NCBI GenBank assembly: GCA_037134655.1
Contig: JBAXLR010000002.1
Coordinates: forward strand, 6,888-70,887
Origin: a bacterium
GTDB lineage: Bacteria > Bdellovibrionota_B > Oligoflexia > Oligoflexales > RGVZ01
DNA: 64,000 bases
Direction of reading: 5' to 3'
The notes beneath the pieces were generated by a model that ran no database searches, was not told the DNA's origin, and worked only from the letters and a program-made list of their open reading frames with translations. Of this stretch, positions 55,588 through 64,000 are shown one piece after another. The first letter of the stretch is position 1. The number at the start of each line of letters is the position of its first letter. Both the position numbers and the translations under genes were made by a program.

Positions 55588-55887
55588 CTAGTTTTTTCGC
55601 CGTAAAGAGTTGAGGTCCACGAGCTTGTCTGACGAGGTGTCTTGGACGGTGAATTGGATTTTGACACTGCCTGTCTTTCCGCAAAGTTCGCTGAGAGCGC
55701 TGATTTTGGGCGGAAGGCCGGTGTCGTTTGAATGAGCGGTTAAATCTGTTATTGCATGCTGTGCCTTCAAGACCGCGTCTTTATCGGTTTGAATAACTTT
55801 TTCAGCAAATGTTAAAAGTGTGGAAATGGAGATGGGGTCTGCGCCCTTGCGTGCACCAATTGTCCTAACTTTTTTATCAGAGCCCAT
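55588..55887 (-). CDS. Hypothetical protein (99 aa), abuts the ybeY start
   Basis: This is an intact ORF whose stop is immediately adjacent to the ybeY ATG. I recognised no family. Confidence 0.4.
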   Translation of the reverse strand: MGSDKKVRTIGARKGADPISISTLLTFAEKVIQTDKDAVLKAQHAITDLTAHSNDTGLPPKISALSELCGKTGSVKIQFTVQDTSSDKLVDLNSLRRKN

Positions 55888-55976
55888 AGATCCTCAGTCG
55901 TCAAAGTTCTAAACCCCAGAGCATTATTTTATCATGGGCGCCATGGCATCGCCATGCACTGGGTAATGAAATGATT

Positions 55977-56687
55977 TTACGCGTGAATTTTCTGCCATTT
56001 GCGGTTGTACCAAGGCATTCCCTTAAGATCGAATCGCCGCAGGAAAAGACTAGAGTAATCTTCAGACTTAAACACCGGTAACAAGTCTGTTTGTTTAAAG
56101 CCTTGAGTTTCAACAAATGAACACGCATCGGTAAAGTAGGGAAGATGGTCGGTTTTTAGCCAGAGGAAACCTCCGGGTGAAAGGATGTCCCAAGCGGTGG
56201 CGCAAAACTCTGGGGCATACAAACGGTAGTGGGCGTGCTTTTTCTTTTTCCAGGGATCAGGAAAAAATGTGACAAAGCCACTTACTTCGCCTGGTTTGAA
56301 CAAATCACTCAAGCCTCCGGCATTGGCAAGCACGGCGTACACATTGTCTAAGTTTCGTTGTTCAGCTCGTTCCGCGGTCTGATAGACACGCTTAAATGTA
56401 ATATCGACGGCAACAAAGAGAGCCTCTGGATGGGCTTCTGCCATATCACAAACAGTTTGACCGGTGTGACAGCCGATCTCCACAATAAGAGGTCGATTGG
56501 CTTGATCATCATTTCTCGATTTAAATTTACTTCGCCATTGTCCTGGAAAACCCCGCAAGGCCGCACCAGTAGCTACTTGTAAAGTGGATTTTTGCTGAGC
56601 ATCGATAAGTTTACCGACGTAGGCATTGCTGTTCTTATTGAATTTTGCTGCTACATCAACAAAAACATCTGTGGAGCGAACCGGCAT
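55977..56687 (-). CDS. trmB: tRNA (guanine-N7)-methyltransferase
   Basis: It has FFPDPWKKKKH and the SAM-binding VEIGCHTGQ. The start is moved to ATG 56687 (MPVRSTD) because the tracked ORF's 5' end overlaps the rnpB 3' region. Confidence 0.8.
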   Translation of the reverse strand: MPVRSTDVFVDVAAKFNKNSNAYVGKLIDAQQKSTLQVATGAALRGFPGQWRSKFKSRNDDQANRPLIVEIGCHTGQTVCDMAEAHPEALFVAVDITFKRVYQTAERAEQRNLDNVYAVLANAGGLSDLFKPGEVSGFVTFFPDPWKKKKHAHYRLYAPEFCATAWDILSPGGFLWLKTDHLPYFTDACSFVETQGFKQTDLLPVFKSEDYSSLFLRRFDLKGMPWYNRKWQKIHA

Positions 56688-56762
56688 AAAACAAAACCCC
56701 AATTGGTTATGGCTAATGGCGCGTTGAAGCGCCTTCGATTTTTTTGGCTTGTTAAGATGCGA

Positions 56763-57207
56763 ATACCAGAGGGTCGCAGACTTTGGCAGTTTAGCTATAA
56801 GCCGGATTCTGTCCTCGGTCACGTTACAGTGACCTTGGGCTGCCATTCATCTGGGTCGATTGTTACCAATCGCCTCAAGCGACCTACCCGGGAGACGTCG
56901 AGCCGACGTTCGTCTGGTTTTCACCAGAACCTTCCTCTGTTTGGTCTTGCTCCGGATGGGGTTTGCCGAGCCAGCTTGTCACCAAGCTGCTGGTGAGCTC
57001 TTACCTCACCGTTTCACCCTTACCGCTGACATGCAGAGCACGTCAGCTCGGCGGTTTACTCTCTGTTGCACTTTCCGTCGGGTTATCCCCGCCTGGCCGT
57101 TAGCCAGCATCCTGCTCTGTGGAGTCCGGACTTTCCTCAAAACTTAGCCGATTGGCAAAATTCTGCGACCGCCCACTACACTTGCCCAAAAAACTGCGCC
57201 CTCTGGC
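56763..57207 (-). ncRNA. rnpB: RNase P RNA, bacterial type A
   Basis: The minus strand contains GAGGAAAGTCCGGACTCCACAGAGCAGG, GGTAAGGGTGAAACGGTGAGGTAAGAGCTCACCAG and ACAGAATCCGGCTTATAG. The termini pair as P1 (CCAGAGGGCGCAG / CTGCGACCCTCTGG). The ends are good to about +/-10 nt. Confidence 0.9.
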
Positions 57208-57213
57208 CGCGGA

Positions 57214-57242
57214 ACTCTAAGGCTTGCCTATTTTAAAGTCAA
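57214..57242 (-). promoter_or_regulatory. sigma70-type promoter candidate for rnpB
   Basis: The minus strand reads TTGACT, then 17 nt, then TAGAGT. The -10 element ends ~7 nt before the inferred P1 5' end. Confidence 0.45.
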
Positions 57243-57270
57243 CTATAAAATCCCATAAAATAATCCAGAC

Positions 57271-57657
57271 TTAATGCCTAGGGGGCTCACCGGTTAAAGA
57301 CAGTATTTTATCGTAATCATCCGGACAGTTAGGGTCATTTTGGTTAGCCACATTGCGGGTTAAAGCCCCGCACTTCTGACATTTAAAAATCAGGACAAGC
57401 CCCTTTTTCCCCTCTAACTCATAGGAGACGGCCCTCATGATCCCCTGACAGGGGTTTTCCCGGTCACCTGGGAAGATGTCCACATGTTTACTGGTGAGGC
57501 AAAAAGGGCAGTGGTTTCGACAGCCGGTCTTTGCAACTGGTACAACCCGGCCGCAAGCTTCACAATTAAACGTTTCGTTGAGGTGAGTGAATCTGCCAGC
57601 CATATAATGTTTCCAATTTTCGTCTTTTGGCTCTTTTGCCATCAATAGGAAATTCAA
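57271..57657 (-). CDS. RNHCP-domain (zinc-ribbon) protein
   Basis: It has the literal CRNHCPFC motif plus CEACG and CQKCG Cys pairs. Confidence 0.7.
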   Translation of the reverse strand: MNFLLMAKEPKDENWKHYMAGRFTHLNETFNCEACGRVVPVAKTGCRNHCPFCLTSKHVDIFPGDRENPCQGIMRAVSYELEGKKGLVLIFKCQKCGALTRNVANQNDPNCPDDYDKILSLTGEPPRH

Positions 57658-57739
57658 ACTATAATAGATACCTAGACTTTAGCCCAGTGATTTGGATTTC
57701 GAAATAGACTGAGAGATATTTGGCAGTGGGGATATCACT

Positions 57740-58708
57740 ATGAAGTTTGTGTATTTTTCCGTTTTATTACTTTCGTTTACATCCTGTAAGACAGCCCGAC
57801 CAAACGCGAGTTATGGCAAGCAAGTTGTGACCGCTGCCTCAAACCAAAACACAGATCCTGTTGCCAATGGTATGGCGCAGTTTTTTGCTGAGCTTTACGC
57901 GAAAAACGGCGGAGACATTAAAAAAACGATCGAGGCGCTTGAGGCCTCAGGCCAAGAGGGTGAGGCCGTTAAACGCACCCTTAAAGAGCACTTATCAAAG
58001 CTTCACCAGATAAATGATGAACATCGTCTCAATATAGACTTTCATTTGAATGCTGAGAAGGCGGGCGAAGAACTGCGGTTTATCTCCAATATTCTAGCCG
58101 ACACGAAGTTTAAGGAAAACGTAAGTCTCAGTAAGTTTCTTCGAGAGAACACACCAGTTTTTTGTGTCTATGAACTGGCCCAAAATGGCTTTGATCTAGA
58201 GCGGACATGTATCAATGTGGCGGCCGTGGCAGCGGATGTCTTCGGAGCAATAGCGTCAGGCGAGTTTTTCCGAGACGACAATATCCTGAATACCATTACA
58301 GCCCGAGTTGCTTATAAAGAAACCGTCGACTTTGATAAGTACGCTCAGGTGTTAGCCGGCAAAACTCCGGATGAAGTTTATCAGTGGAGTAAGAAGAAAT
58401 TAGATCTTATCCCCATTGAGAACTCTGCGATTCGTCTAGTCATTGAGGCCCTATCGATAAGAAATGCCTGGATCCAAGCTATGGCCGATGGTGATTTTGA
58501 CGCTGCTGATCGCTACGAGCAAATGGGTTGGGACTTGCGAGGGGAGCAAGGAGACTACAAACGAGTTCTAGAGTACCAAACAAAAGATGATCAACAGACG
58601 GTCGTTGGTCGGTTGGTGCGAATCTATAACCTCTCATTCAATGAGCTGAAAGCGAGAGTCGACAATTATAGTGCATCGTCAAAGTCTTGGTGGCAATTTT
58701 GGAAGTGA
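57740..58708 (+). CDS. Hypothetical lipoprotein (322 aa)
   Basis: It has the lipobox LLSFTSC and a helical, charged body. A decayed partial copy lies at 63536-63690. Confidence 0.6.
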   Translation: MKFVYFSVLLLSFTSCKTARPNASYGKQVVTAASNQNTDPVANGMAQFFAELYAKNGGDIKKTIEALEASGQEGEAVKRTLKEHLSKLHQINDEHRLNIDFHLNAEKAGEELRFISNILADTKFKENVSLSKFLRENTPVFCVYELAQNGFDLERTCINVAAVAADVFGAIASGEFFRDDNILNTITARVAYKETVDFDKYAQVLAGKTPDEVYQWSKKKLDLIPIENSAIRLVIEALSIRNAWIQAMADGDFDAADRYEQMGWDLRGEQGDYKRVLEYQTKDDQQTVVGRLVRIYNLSFNELKARVDNYSASSKSWWQFWK

Positions 58709-58965
58709 CGTTCACAGAGCCATTTTAAATCTCGTCAGTTTCCGCGGCTTTCGTTTTTTGTTTGTCTTAGGCTTCGATCTTCCATTCGGAACTGAAGCTG
58801 CACGTAAATTAGCCAAAATCGAATCACAGTCCCTGACTGAAATGCCCGGGTCACTGTCAGGCCAAAAGAAGGTGAAACCCCGCTGGAATTAATCAAACGC
58901 CTATTTAAAACTAAGGGAGGCGCTCCCTCTTACCTCAAAAAAATTCCAGTCAAAGGAGTAAAACG

Positions 58966-60444
58966 TTGAGACAAAAACTCAAAAAAGGATTGTGTATTGC
59001 CTTAGCCCTCGCCGATTGGAGTGCTAGTGCGCAGAACAAAATCATGACGGAGCGAGATCTTGTTCGTCTGTCCCAAGAGAACTCCATTTTGGGTAAAGCC
59101 TATGATGCACAAGCTGCTGGCAAGGCCGCAGCCCTCGCGATGACCCAGGAAATGTATGGCGCAAGACTTAATGCTTCAGCAAGTCAACTGAAGAGCGGCG
59201 AAAGTCCTCTGACTGAATTTCAACCAACAATGACTCCTGTCAATGAGTACAGCGCCACTGTCCTACAGAAAATGCCATACGGAATCAGCCTTGAAGGAGG
59301 TGTGTTTGCAGGTCAGCGCAGCGCAATGGATCGCAGTTTTGAAAATGCGACACAGGTGGGAGCAAAGCTTTCCTTAAGAATCGAACTTTTAAAAAACCGA
59401 TTTGGATCGATCGATAGTGCGCAGATTGACGCTGCTGAGAGTGGACGGAAACGAGGGGAGCTCGAAAGAAGGATCGCGAGAAAGCAGCATGAAATCAATA
59501 TCCGCAAGGTTTTCTGGAGTTTGGTCGCCAATTGGCAATCCATCGAGCTCTCAAAGAAACTCCAGGAGTCTGCCACCCGCCAGCTTAAGTATGCCGAAGA
59601 TCGACGCCGCATTGGCGCAGCAGACATTGGCGAGATAGCGCGCTACAAGTCACAGTTGCAAAGCCGAGTAGGCTCCGTTCTGCTTTTTGAACATGAAAGG
59701 GAGATGCTGTGGCAAACAATCCAACGCCAGATTAGAGATTTCAATCCGCGCGAGTACAGACTGGATGGAAGTTTTCTTGACAGTAGTCAACGAGCCATCA
59801 CTCAGTGCTTGCAGAAAGTACTGGCGACAAAAACGATTGATCGTGATGCCAGCCTTTTCGACGAGGTCATCGATGCCTATAAAGCTGAACTCACCAATGA
59901 GATCAAAGTTACTGAGCAACATGGATCTCCGCAGCTAGCATTGTTCGGAGTATCACAGATGTCAGGGAGCAATAATAGCTACTCCGCGGCATTTGATCAT
60001 CTCGTCGATAAAAAGCAGACCTCCACTGTTATTGGTTTGGAGCTGGATATACCGCTTGGTAGTAAAGCAACCCATACCGAGCAGGCTTTAATCCAGGCCA
60101 AACGAAATGAAATCGAAGCACAGTACGAACAGCTTCAAAGTGATCTAACTGCTTCGTTTCAAACAATGGATTCAAATCTTCTAATTCTCCAAAAAGGTCT
60201 TCGGAACCAGGCTGATACTAGTACAAATTTGACTATTAGTTATCGTGATACGCTGAAGAAATTTGATCAAGGGCGTGTGCCTTTGTCTGTTGTTATCACT
60301 GAACAGGACGCTCTTTTTCAATCGGAGCTTCAAGAGTTGACGTTAAGAAAGCAGATCACCCACACTCTCCTAGATTATTTCGCTGTCTTCAGCGAGTTTC
60401 CTTGCTCTTGGAATCAGATCAATTCAAATCCTTCAAGCAATTAA
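58966..60444 (+). CDS. TolC-like outer membrane efflux protein (OEP family)
   Basis: It has a TTG start with an AAGGAG RBS and a signal peptide. The two-repeat coiled-coil/beta architecture and ~490-aa size are typical of outer membrane factors. Confidence 0.75.
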   Translation: MRQKLKKGLCIALALADWSASAQNKIMTERDLVRLSQENSILGKAYDAQAAGKAAALAMTQEMYGARLNASASQLKSGESPLTEFQPTMTPVNEYSATVLQKMPYGISLEGGVFAGQRSAMDRSFENATQVGAKLSLRIELLKNRFGSIDSAQIDAAESGRKRGELERRIARKQHEINIRKVFWSLVANWQSIELSKKLQESATRQLKYAEDRRRIGAADIGEIARYKSQLQSRVGSVLLFEHEREMLWQTIQRQIRDFNPREYRLDGSFLDSSQRAITQCLQKVLATKTIDRDASLFDEVIDAYKAELTNEIKVTEQHGSPQLALFGVSQMSGSNNSYSAAFDHLVDKKQTSTVIGLELDIPLGSKATHTEQALIQAKRNEIEAQYEQLQSDLTASFQTMDSNLLILQKGLRNQADTSTNLTISYRDTLKKFDQGRVPLSVVITEQDALFQSELQELTLRKQITHTLLDYFAVFSEFPCSWNQINSNPSSN

Positions 60445-60456
60445 GTGTGAGGCTTT

Positions 60457-63400
60457 ATGTACTCCCTAGGTAAGTTTTTTCTATCAAACTATAAGTTCAC
60501 AATGGTGATGACTGGATTTTTAATCCTCTTTGGAGTTTCTGGTGTCTTTGGCATTAATTCCGAGTCATTTCCGTCAGTAAATATTGGAGCTGTGGTTATT
60601 ACCACTGCGTATCCCGGTGCCACGGCTGAGGATATCGAAACTAAGATTACGAAGCCCATTGAAGACGAGGTCCAAAAAGTCTCTGGTTTGAAGTCCGTCA
60701 AATCAACGAGTCAAGCCGGATTTAGCACCATTGTGACTGAGGTTGATATCGATAAGTACCCTGTTGAGAAAGTGATTGCTGACTTACAGCGTGCTGTAGA
60801 TCGAGCCAATGGCTTGCCGACAGACTTGCTGGAGAAGCCGCTTTTTACGGAAATAAAGTCTGATGAGTTTCCCGTCATTGAAGTTGCTGTCATTGGTGAG
60901 AATATCAATCGATTAAGAGACCAGGTCGTCGATGAGCTTCAAGAAGATCTTAAGGATAACAAGAAAGTCTCCAGCATCCAGCTATCAGGATTTACTAAGC
61001 GTAGGTTCAATATATTTCTCAGTCTTGAAGGTCTGAGAAACAACCATGTTTCAATCGAGGAGGTGCAAAATGCACTTGCACAGAGAAATGTCACTATACC
61101 CGCAGGTGAATTGAAGGGTGAGGAAACCCAAAAGTTGGTTCGGATTGAAGGTAAGGCCAAGTCCATCTCTGAACTCGAAACCATCGTGATTCGTTCTAAC
61201 TTCTCTGGTAGGCGGGTGCTGTTGCGTGATGTTGCCAGGATCGAAGACGGCGCAGAAACGCCGACTACGCTGGCTCGCTACGGTGGTTCGCCAGCCGCAT
61301 TCTTGGTAATAGCCAAAAAAAGCGGCGCAGACATCATTGAACTTGCTAAAGATGTGCAGCAAGTAATGAGGATTTATGGAGAAAAATATCAGGGTCAACT
61401 TGAGTTCAAGGTGTATTCGGATGAAGGTGTCAGAGTTGGAGACCGTTTAAACGTTCTGATTACCAATGGTTGGCAAGGAATCGTACTTGTTGTTTTTTTC
61501 TTGCTTCTGTTTCTTCCAGGTAAGGTGGGATTGGTGACGGCATTCTCTCTGCCGCTCGCTCTGGCGGCAACGTTGGGTACAATCAACACGGCGGGATATA
61601 CACTCAATACTATTACTATTATCGCACTTGTGATTGCGATAGGTATGCTCGTCGATAACGCGGTCGTAATAAGCGAAAATTTCACCAGGCTTCGAGATGA
61701 AGGCCTAAGTGTTGAAGAGTCTCTTCTAAAGACCATTAGAGACCTTTGGGCTCCGGTCGCTGCGACAGGTCTCACTACTATTGCCGCCTTTTTGCCAATG
61801 ATGGTCACCACCGGTGTCGTGGGGCAGTTCATAAAAGCAATTCCAATAGTTGTAACATTGTCTTTGATTCTCTCTCTTCTTGAGAGTTTTCTTTTTTTAC
61901 CAGCTCGTTTGAAGTTGATTTCCTACAAACCAAAAAGCCAAGGTTCCGATCGTAAGCTCGACTTTTTTGATAGACGAATCGTGCCAGTTTTTGAGGCCCT
62001 CATGAGCCGCATTGTGGCCTACAAGTGGATAGCGCTTGGTGGATTTTTCTTGATACTGATAACGACAGGCATTGTTCTTGTGAAAGGTAACAAGATTAAT
62101 ATGTTCCCTTCAGATCAGACAGAAATATACTTAGTAAGGGTTGAGACCGAGAAGGGCACGAGACTTGAAGCAACAGACAAGCTAATTTCTGACGTTATCG
62201 GGAAACTAAAAGGTGAACTGAGTGAAGGAATCGCGCACATCGTGGGGGTATCGGGCTCCTCGGCCACCGATCCCGGGGATCCGAAAGGTGAAGTGGGTAG
62301 TAACGTTGGGTTGATTCGTATATTTGTGGATAAGAAAACTCAAGATACGGTCAAGACTCAAGATGTTCTTCAACAAATTCGTCGAATCACTCACCCCAAT
62401 GTTCGATTGAGCGCAGAAGCACTGGTCAATGGCCCGCCTGTTGGCGATCCGGTTTCGGTTACATTTCGCAGTAATAACGCCGCACAGCTTCAGGAGGTTG
62501 CAGAAAAAATCAGAGTCCGAATCGCAAACGAAAAAGGTATTTTTGATTCGAAGATCGATGATATTTTTGGTGATGATGAGATCACGCTCAGTATTGATTT
62601 TGAACAAATATCGAGACTTGGCTTAAATCTGAATAGTATTGGCCTGAGTATTCGGACTGCAGTTGCAGGTTCGACTATTGGTGATGTCAATATTAATAAT
62701 CGTAAGGTTGATTACTTTCTGCAATTTGACCAGCGTGACCGAGCTTCTAGCGAGGGTCTGGCATCTATCAAAATTACTGATCCGAACGGTAATTTAATTC
62801 CGTTAGCTAATCTTACGAAGCTCCAGGAAAGGTCGGGTTCACCGCAAATTAAGCGGTACGATTTCAGACGTGCTAAAACCGTCACTGCAAACTTGGATGA
62901 TTCAGTCATAACATCGATTCAGGCGAACGATATTATCAAGTCGGAGTTTATGAAGATTAGCAAGAACTATCCTGAAGTATCGATCGTATTTGGTGGAGAA
63001 GCCGAGAAGACTACTGAGTCTTTTCAGTCACTATTGGTTGCACTTGTGCTTTCGTTAATTGCCATTTTCGCCCTCATGGTTCTGATCTTTCGCTCCTACA
63101 TTAATCCATTCATCATCGTTACGACGATTCCTCTCGGGCTGACAGGGGTGTCATTTGCTTTCTGGATTCAGAATATGGATTTTAGTTTTATGGCCCTTAT
63201 CGGTGTTATAGGTCTTGGTGGAATCATAGTTAACTCTGGAATTATACTAATGAGCTTTATCGAGCAGATGAGAGTTGAGACGACGATGGATCTCCATGAG
63301 ATTCTCGTGAAGGCGTCAGCAGTCCGACTTCGGGCTGTTTTGGTAACTTCTCTCACGACTATCAGTGGTTTGATTCCAACGGCTTACGGCATCGGAGGAA

Positions 63401-63534
63401 GTGACTTCTTTATCATTCCTATGGCTATGGCCCTGGCATGGGGTTTGACGACAGGCACGATCTTGACGCTGCTATGGGTGCCACCGGCTTACGCCATTAG
63501 TGAGACCTTGACATCATTTTTTAGGAAAGTTTGA
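60457..63534 (+). CDS. RND-family efflux transporter permease (AcrB/CzcA superfamily)
   Basis: It is 1025 aa with 12-TM topology and two large periplasmic loops. The N-terminus is typical (SFPSVNIGAVVITTAYPGATAEDIE). Confidence 0.9.
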   Translation: MYSLGKFFLSNYKFTMVMTGFLILFGVSGVFGINSESFPSVNIGAVVITTAYPGATAEDIETKITKPIEDEVQKVSGLKSVKSTSQAGFSTIVTEVDIDKYPVEKVIADLQRAVDRANGLPTDLLEKPLFTEIKSDEFPVIEVAVIGENINRLRDQVVDELQEDLKDNKKVSSIQLSGFTKRRFNIFLSLEGLRNNHVSIEEVQNALAQRNVTIPAGELKGEETQKLVRIEGKAKSISELETIVIRSNFSGRRVLLRDVARIEDGAETPTTLARYGGSPAAFLVIAKKSGADIIELAKDVQQVMRIYGEKYQGQLEFKVYSDEGVRVGDRLNVLITNGWQGIVLVVFFLLLFLPGKVGLVTAFSLPLALAATLGTINTAGYTLNTITIIALVIAIGMLVDNAVVISENFTRLRDEGLSVEESLLKTIRDLWAPVAATGLTTIAAFLPMMVTTGVVGQFIKAIPIVVTLSLILSLLESFLFLPARLKLISYKPKSQGSDRKLDFFDRRIVPVFEALMSRIVAYKWIALGGFFLILITTGIVLVKGNKINMFPSDQTEIYLVRVETEKGTRLEATDKLISDVIGKLKGELSEGIAHIVGVSGSSATDPGDPKGEVGSNVGLIRIFVDKKTQDTVKTQDVLQQIRRITHPNVRLSAEALVNGPPVGDPVSVTFRSNNAAQLQEVAEKIRVRIANEKGIFDSKIDDIFGDDEITLSIDFEQISRLGLNLNSIGLSIRTAVAGSTIGDVNINNRKVDYFLQFDQRDRASSEGLASIKITDPNGNLIPLANLTKLQERSGSPQIKRYDFRRAKTVTANLDDSVITSIQANDIIKSEFMKISKNYPEVSIVFGGEAEKTTESFQSLLVALVLSLIAIFALMVLIFRSYINPFIIVTTIPLGLTGVSFAFWIQNMDFSFMALIGVIGLGGIIVNSGIILMSFIEQMRVETTMDLHEILVKASAVRLRAVLVTSLTTISGLIPTAYGIGGSDFFIIPMAMALAWGLTTGTILTLLWVPPAYAISETLTSFFRKV

Positions 63535-63535
63535 T

Positions 63536-63690
63536 GGCGAGGGTGGGGCCGTTAAACGCACCCCTAAAGAGTACTCATCGAAGATTCAGCAGATTGATGG
63601 AGATCACACCAGTTTTTTGTGTCTATGAACTGGCCCAAAATGGACAATTATAGTGCATCGTCAAAGTCTTGGTGGCAATTCTGGAAATAG
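63536..63690 (+). pseudogene. Mosaic remnant of the 57740-58708 lipoprotein gene
   Basis: Three collinear blocks match the intact gene. 63536-63600 matches 57951-58020 (diverged, 3-nt gap). 63606-63643 matches 58151-58188 (38/38). 63644-63690 matches 58662-58708 (43/47). The frames are broken. Confidence 0.85.
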
Positions 63691-63799
63691 GCGCATATGA
63701 ATTTAAATCCCAATTAATACAAATAGTTATAATAATCTAAAGTTTATTTCCGTTTAAGCCGAAAGACTCTTAAAACTGAGTGGTGTTGAGGGTCGTGGC

Positions 63800-64000
63800 A
63801 TGCCTAGGTCTCTGTTTCTAATTAGTTTTATCCTCGCTTCAATCTCAATGGCGAGTTGCCAAAAATCTAGTACTACTGCATCACCTAATCGAGGTGACGT
63901 TGGCGGTGGTGGGACAACTTCTGAGGGTGAGATTGAGCACGAAGTTAGTGGCATGATCGCTAATGAGGAACCAGTTGAATTTGTTCAGTCAATGGACTCA
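63800..64000 (+). CDS. Putative lipoprotein, 5' part (runs off window end)
   Basis: ATG 63800 gives MPRSLFLISFILASISMASCQKSS, with a lipobox Cys, and the frame stays open to the window end. The tracked minus-strand ORF 63754-63954 is probably its shadow. Confidence 0.5.
   Translation, partial: MPRSLFLISFILASISMASCQKSSTTASPNRGDVGGGGTTSEGEIEHEVSGMIANEEPVEFVQSMDS

Noticed and set aside
56592-57147. Plus-strand ORFs 56592-56996 and 56860-57147
   Set aside because: They are antisense to the RNase P RNA gene. Their openness is explained by the GC-rich structured RNA.
1-64000. CRISPR arrays, rRNA operons, IS elements, integrases, prophage genes, toxin-antitoxin pairs
   Set aside because: Reading the intergenic regions, I saw no regularly spaced short repeats, no rRNA-like sequence, and no ORF with transposase, integrase, capsid or terminase-like motifs. 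The SRPBCC (RatA-like) gene has no adjacent antitoxin-like partner. A systematic repeat or HMM scan could still find things I missed.

Overview
Dense chromosomal window from a diderm (Gram-negative) bacterium. The gene content is Tol, BamD, TamB/Omp85, many lipobox proteins, sigma54-type promoters and a type-A RNase P RNA. This flavour suggests a Bdellovibrionota/Oligoflexia- or deltaproteobacteria-like lineage, but I cannot confirm taxonomy without a database search. I can support about 60 protein genes, one tRNA-Leu(CAG) and rnpB. I saw no rRNA, CRISPR array, transposase or integrase. Housekeeping content includes plsC-cdsA, nrdAB, clpP, etfBA, an mltD-like gene, bamD, a class-A PBP-like gene, an rluA-family gene, tolQRAB, fabH/fabG, deoA, hpt, nagZ, corC/ybeY and trmB. 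Things worth a second look: (1) Two transporter cassettes, an mgtA-like P-type ATPase and a TolC-like+RND pair lacking an adaptor, are each bracketed by direct duplications of the neighbouring native sequence and carry no mobility gene. (2) A tightly coupled minus-strand operon encodes pseudo-receiver/TPR protein -> ExeA-like P-loop ATPase -> TamB -> an unusually large Omp85 protein. An 815-aa HEAT-repeat protein with a C-terminal HEPN-like R-x4-H motif follows it. This operon is my best candidate for an undescribed system. (3) nrdB is split by a 1-nt frameshift. (4) The PBP1-like protein has intact glycosyltransferase motifs but a degenerate transpeptidase SxxK motif. (5) The Tol cluster has no pal. 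(6) sigma54-type promoters sit upstream of secreted/OM protein genes. All functional calls come from motif recognition by eye; no searches were run.
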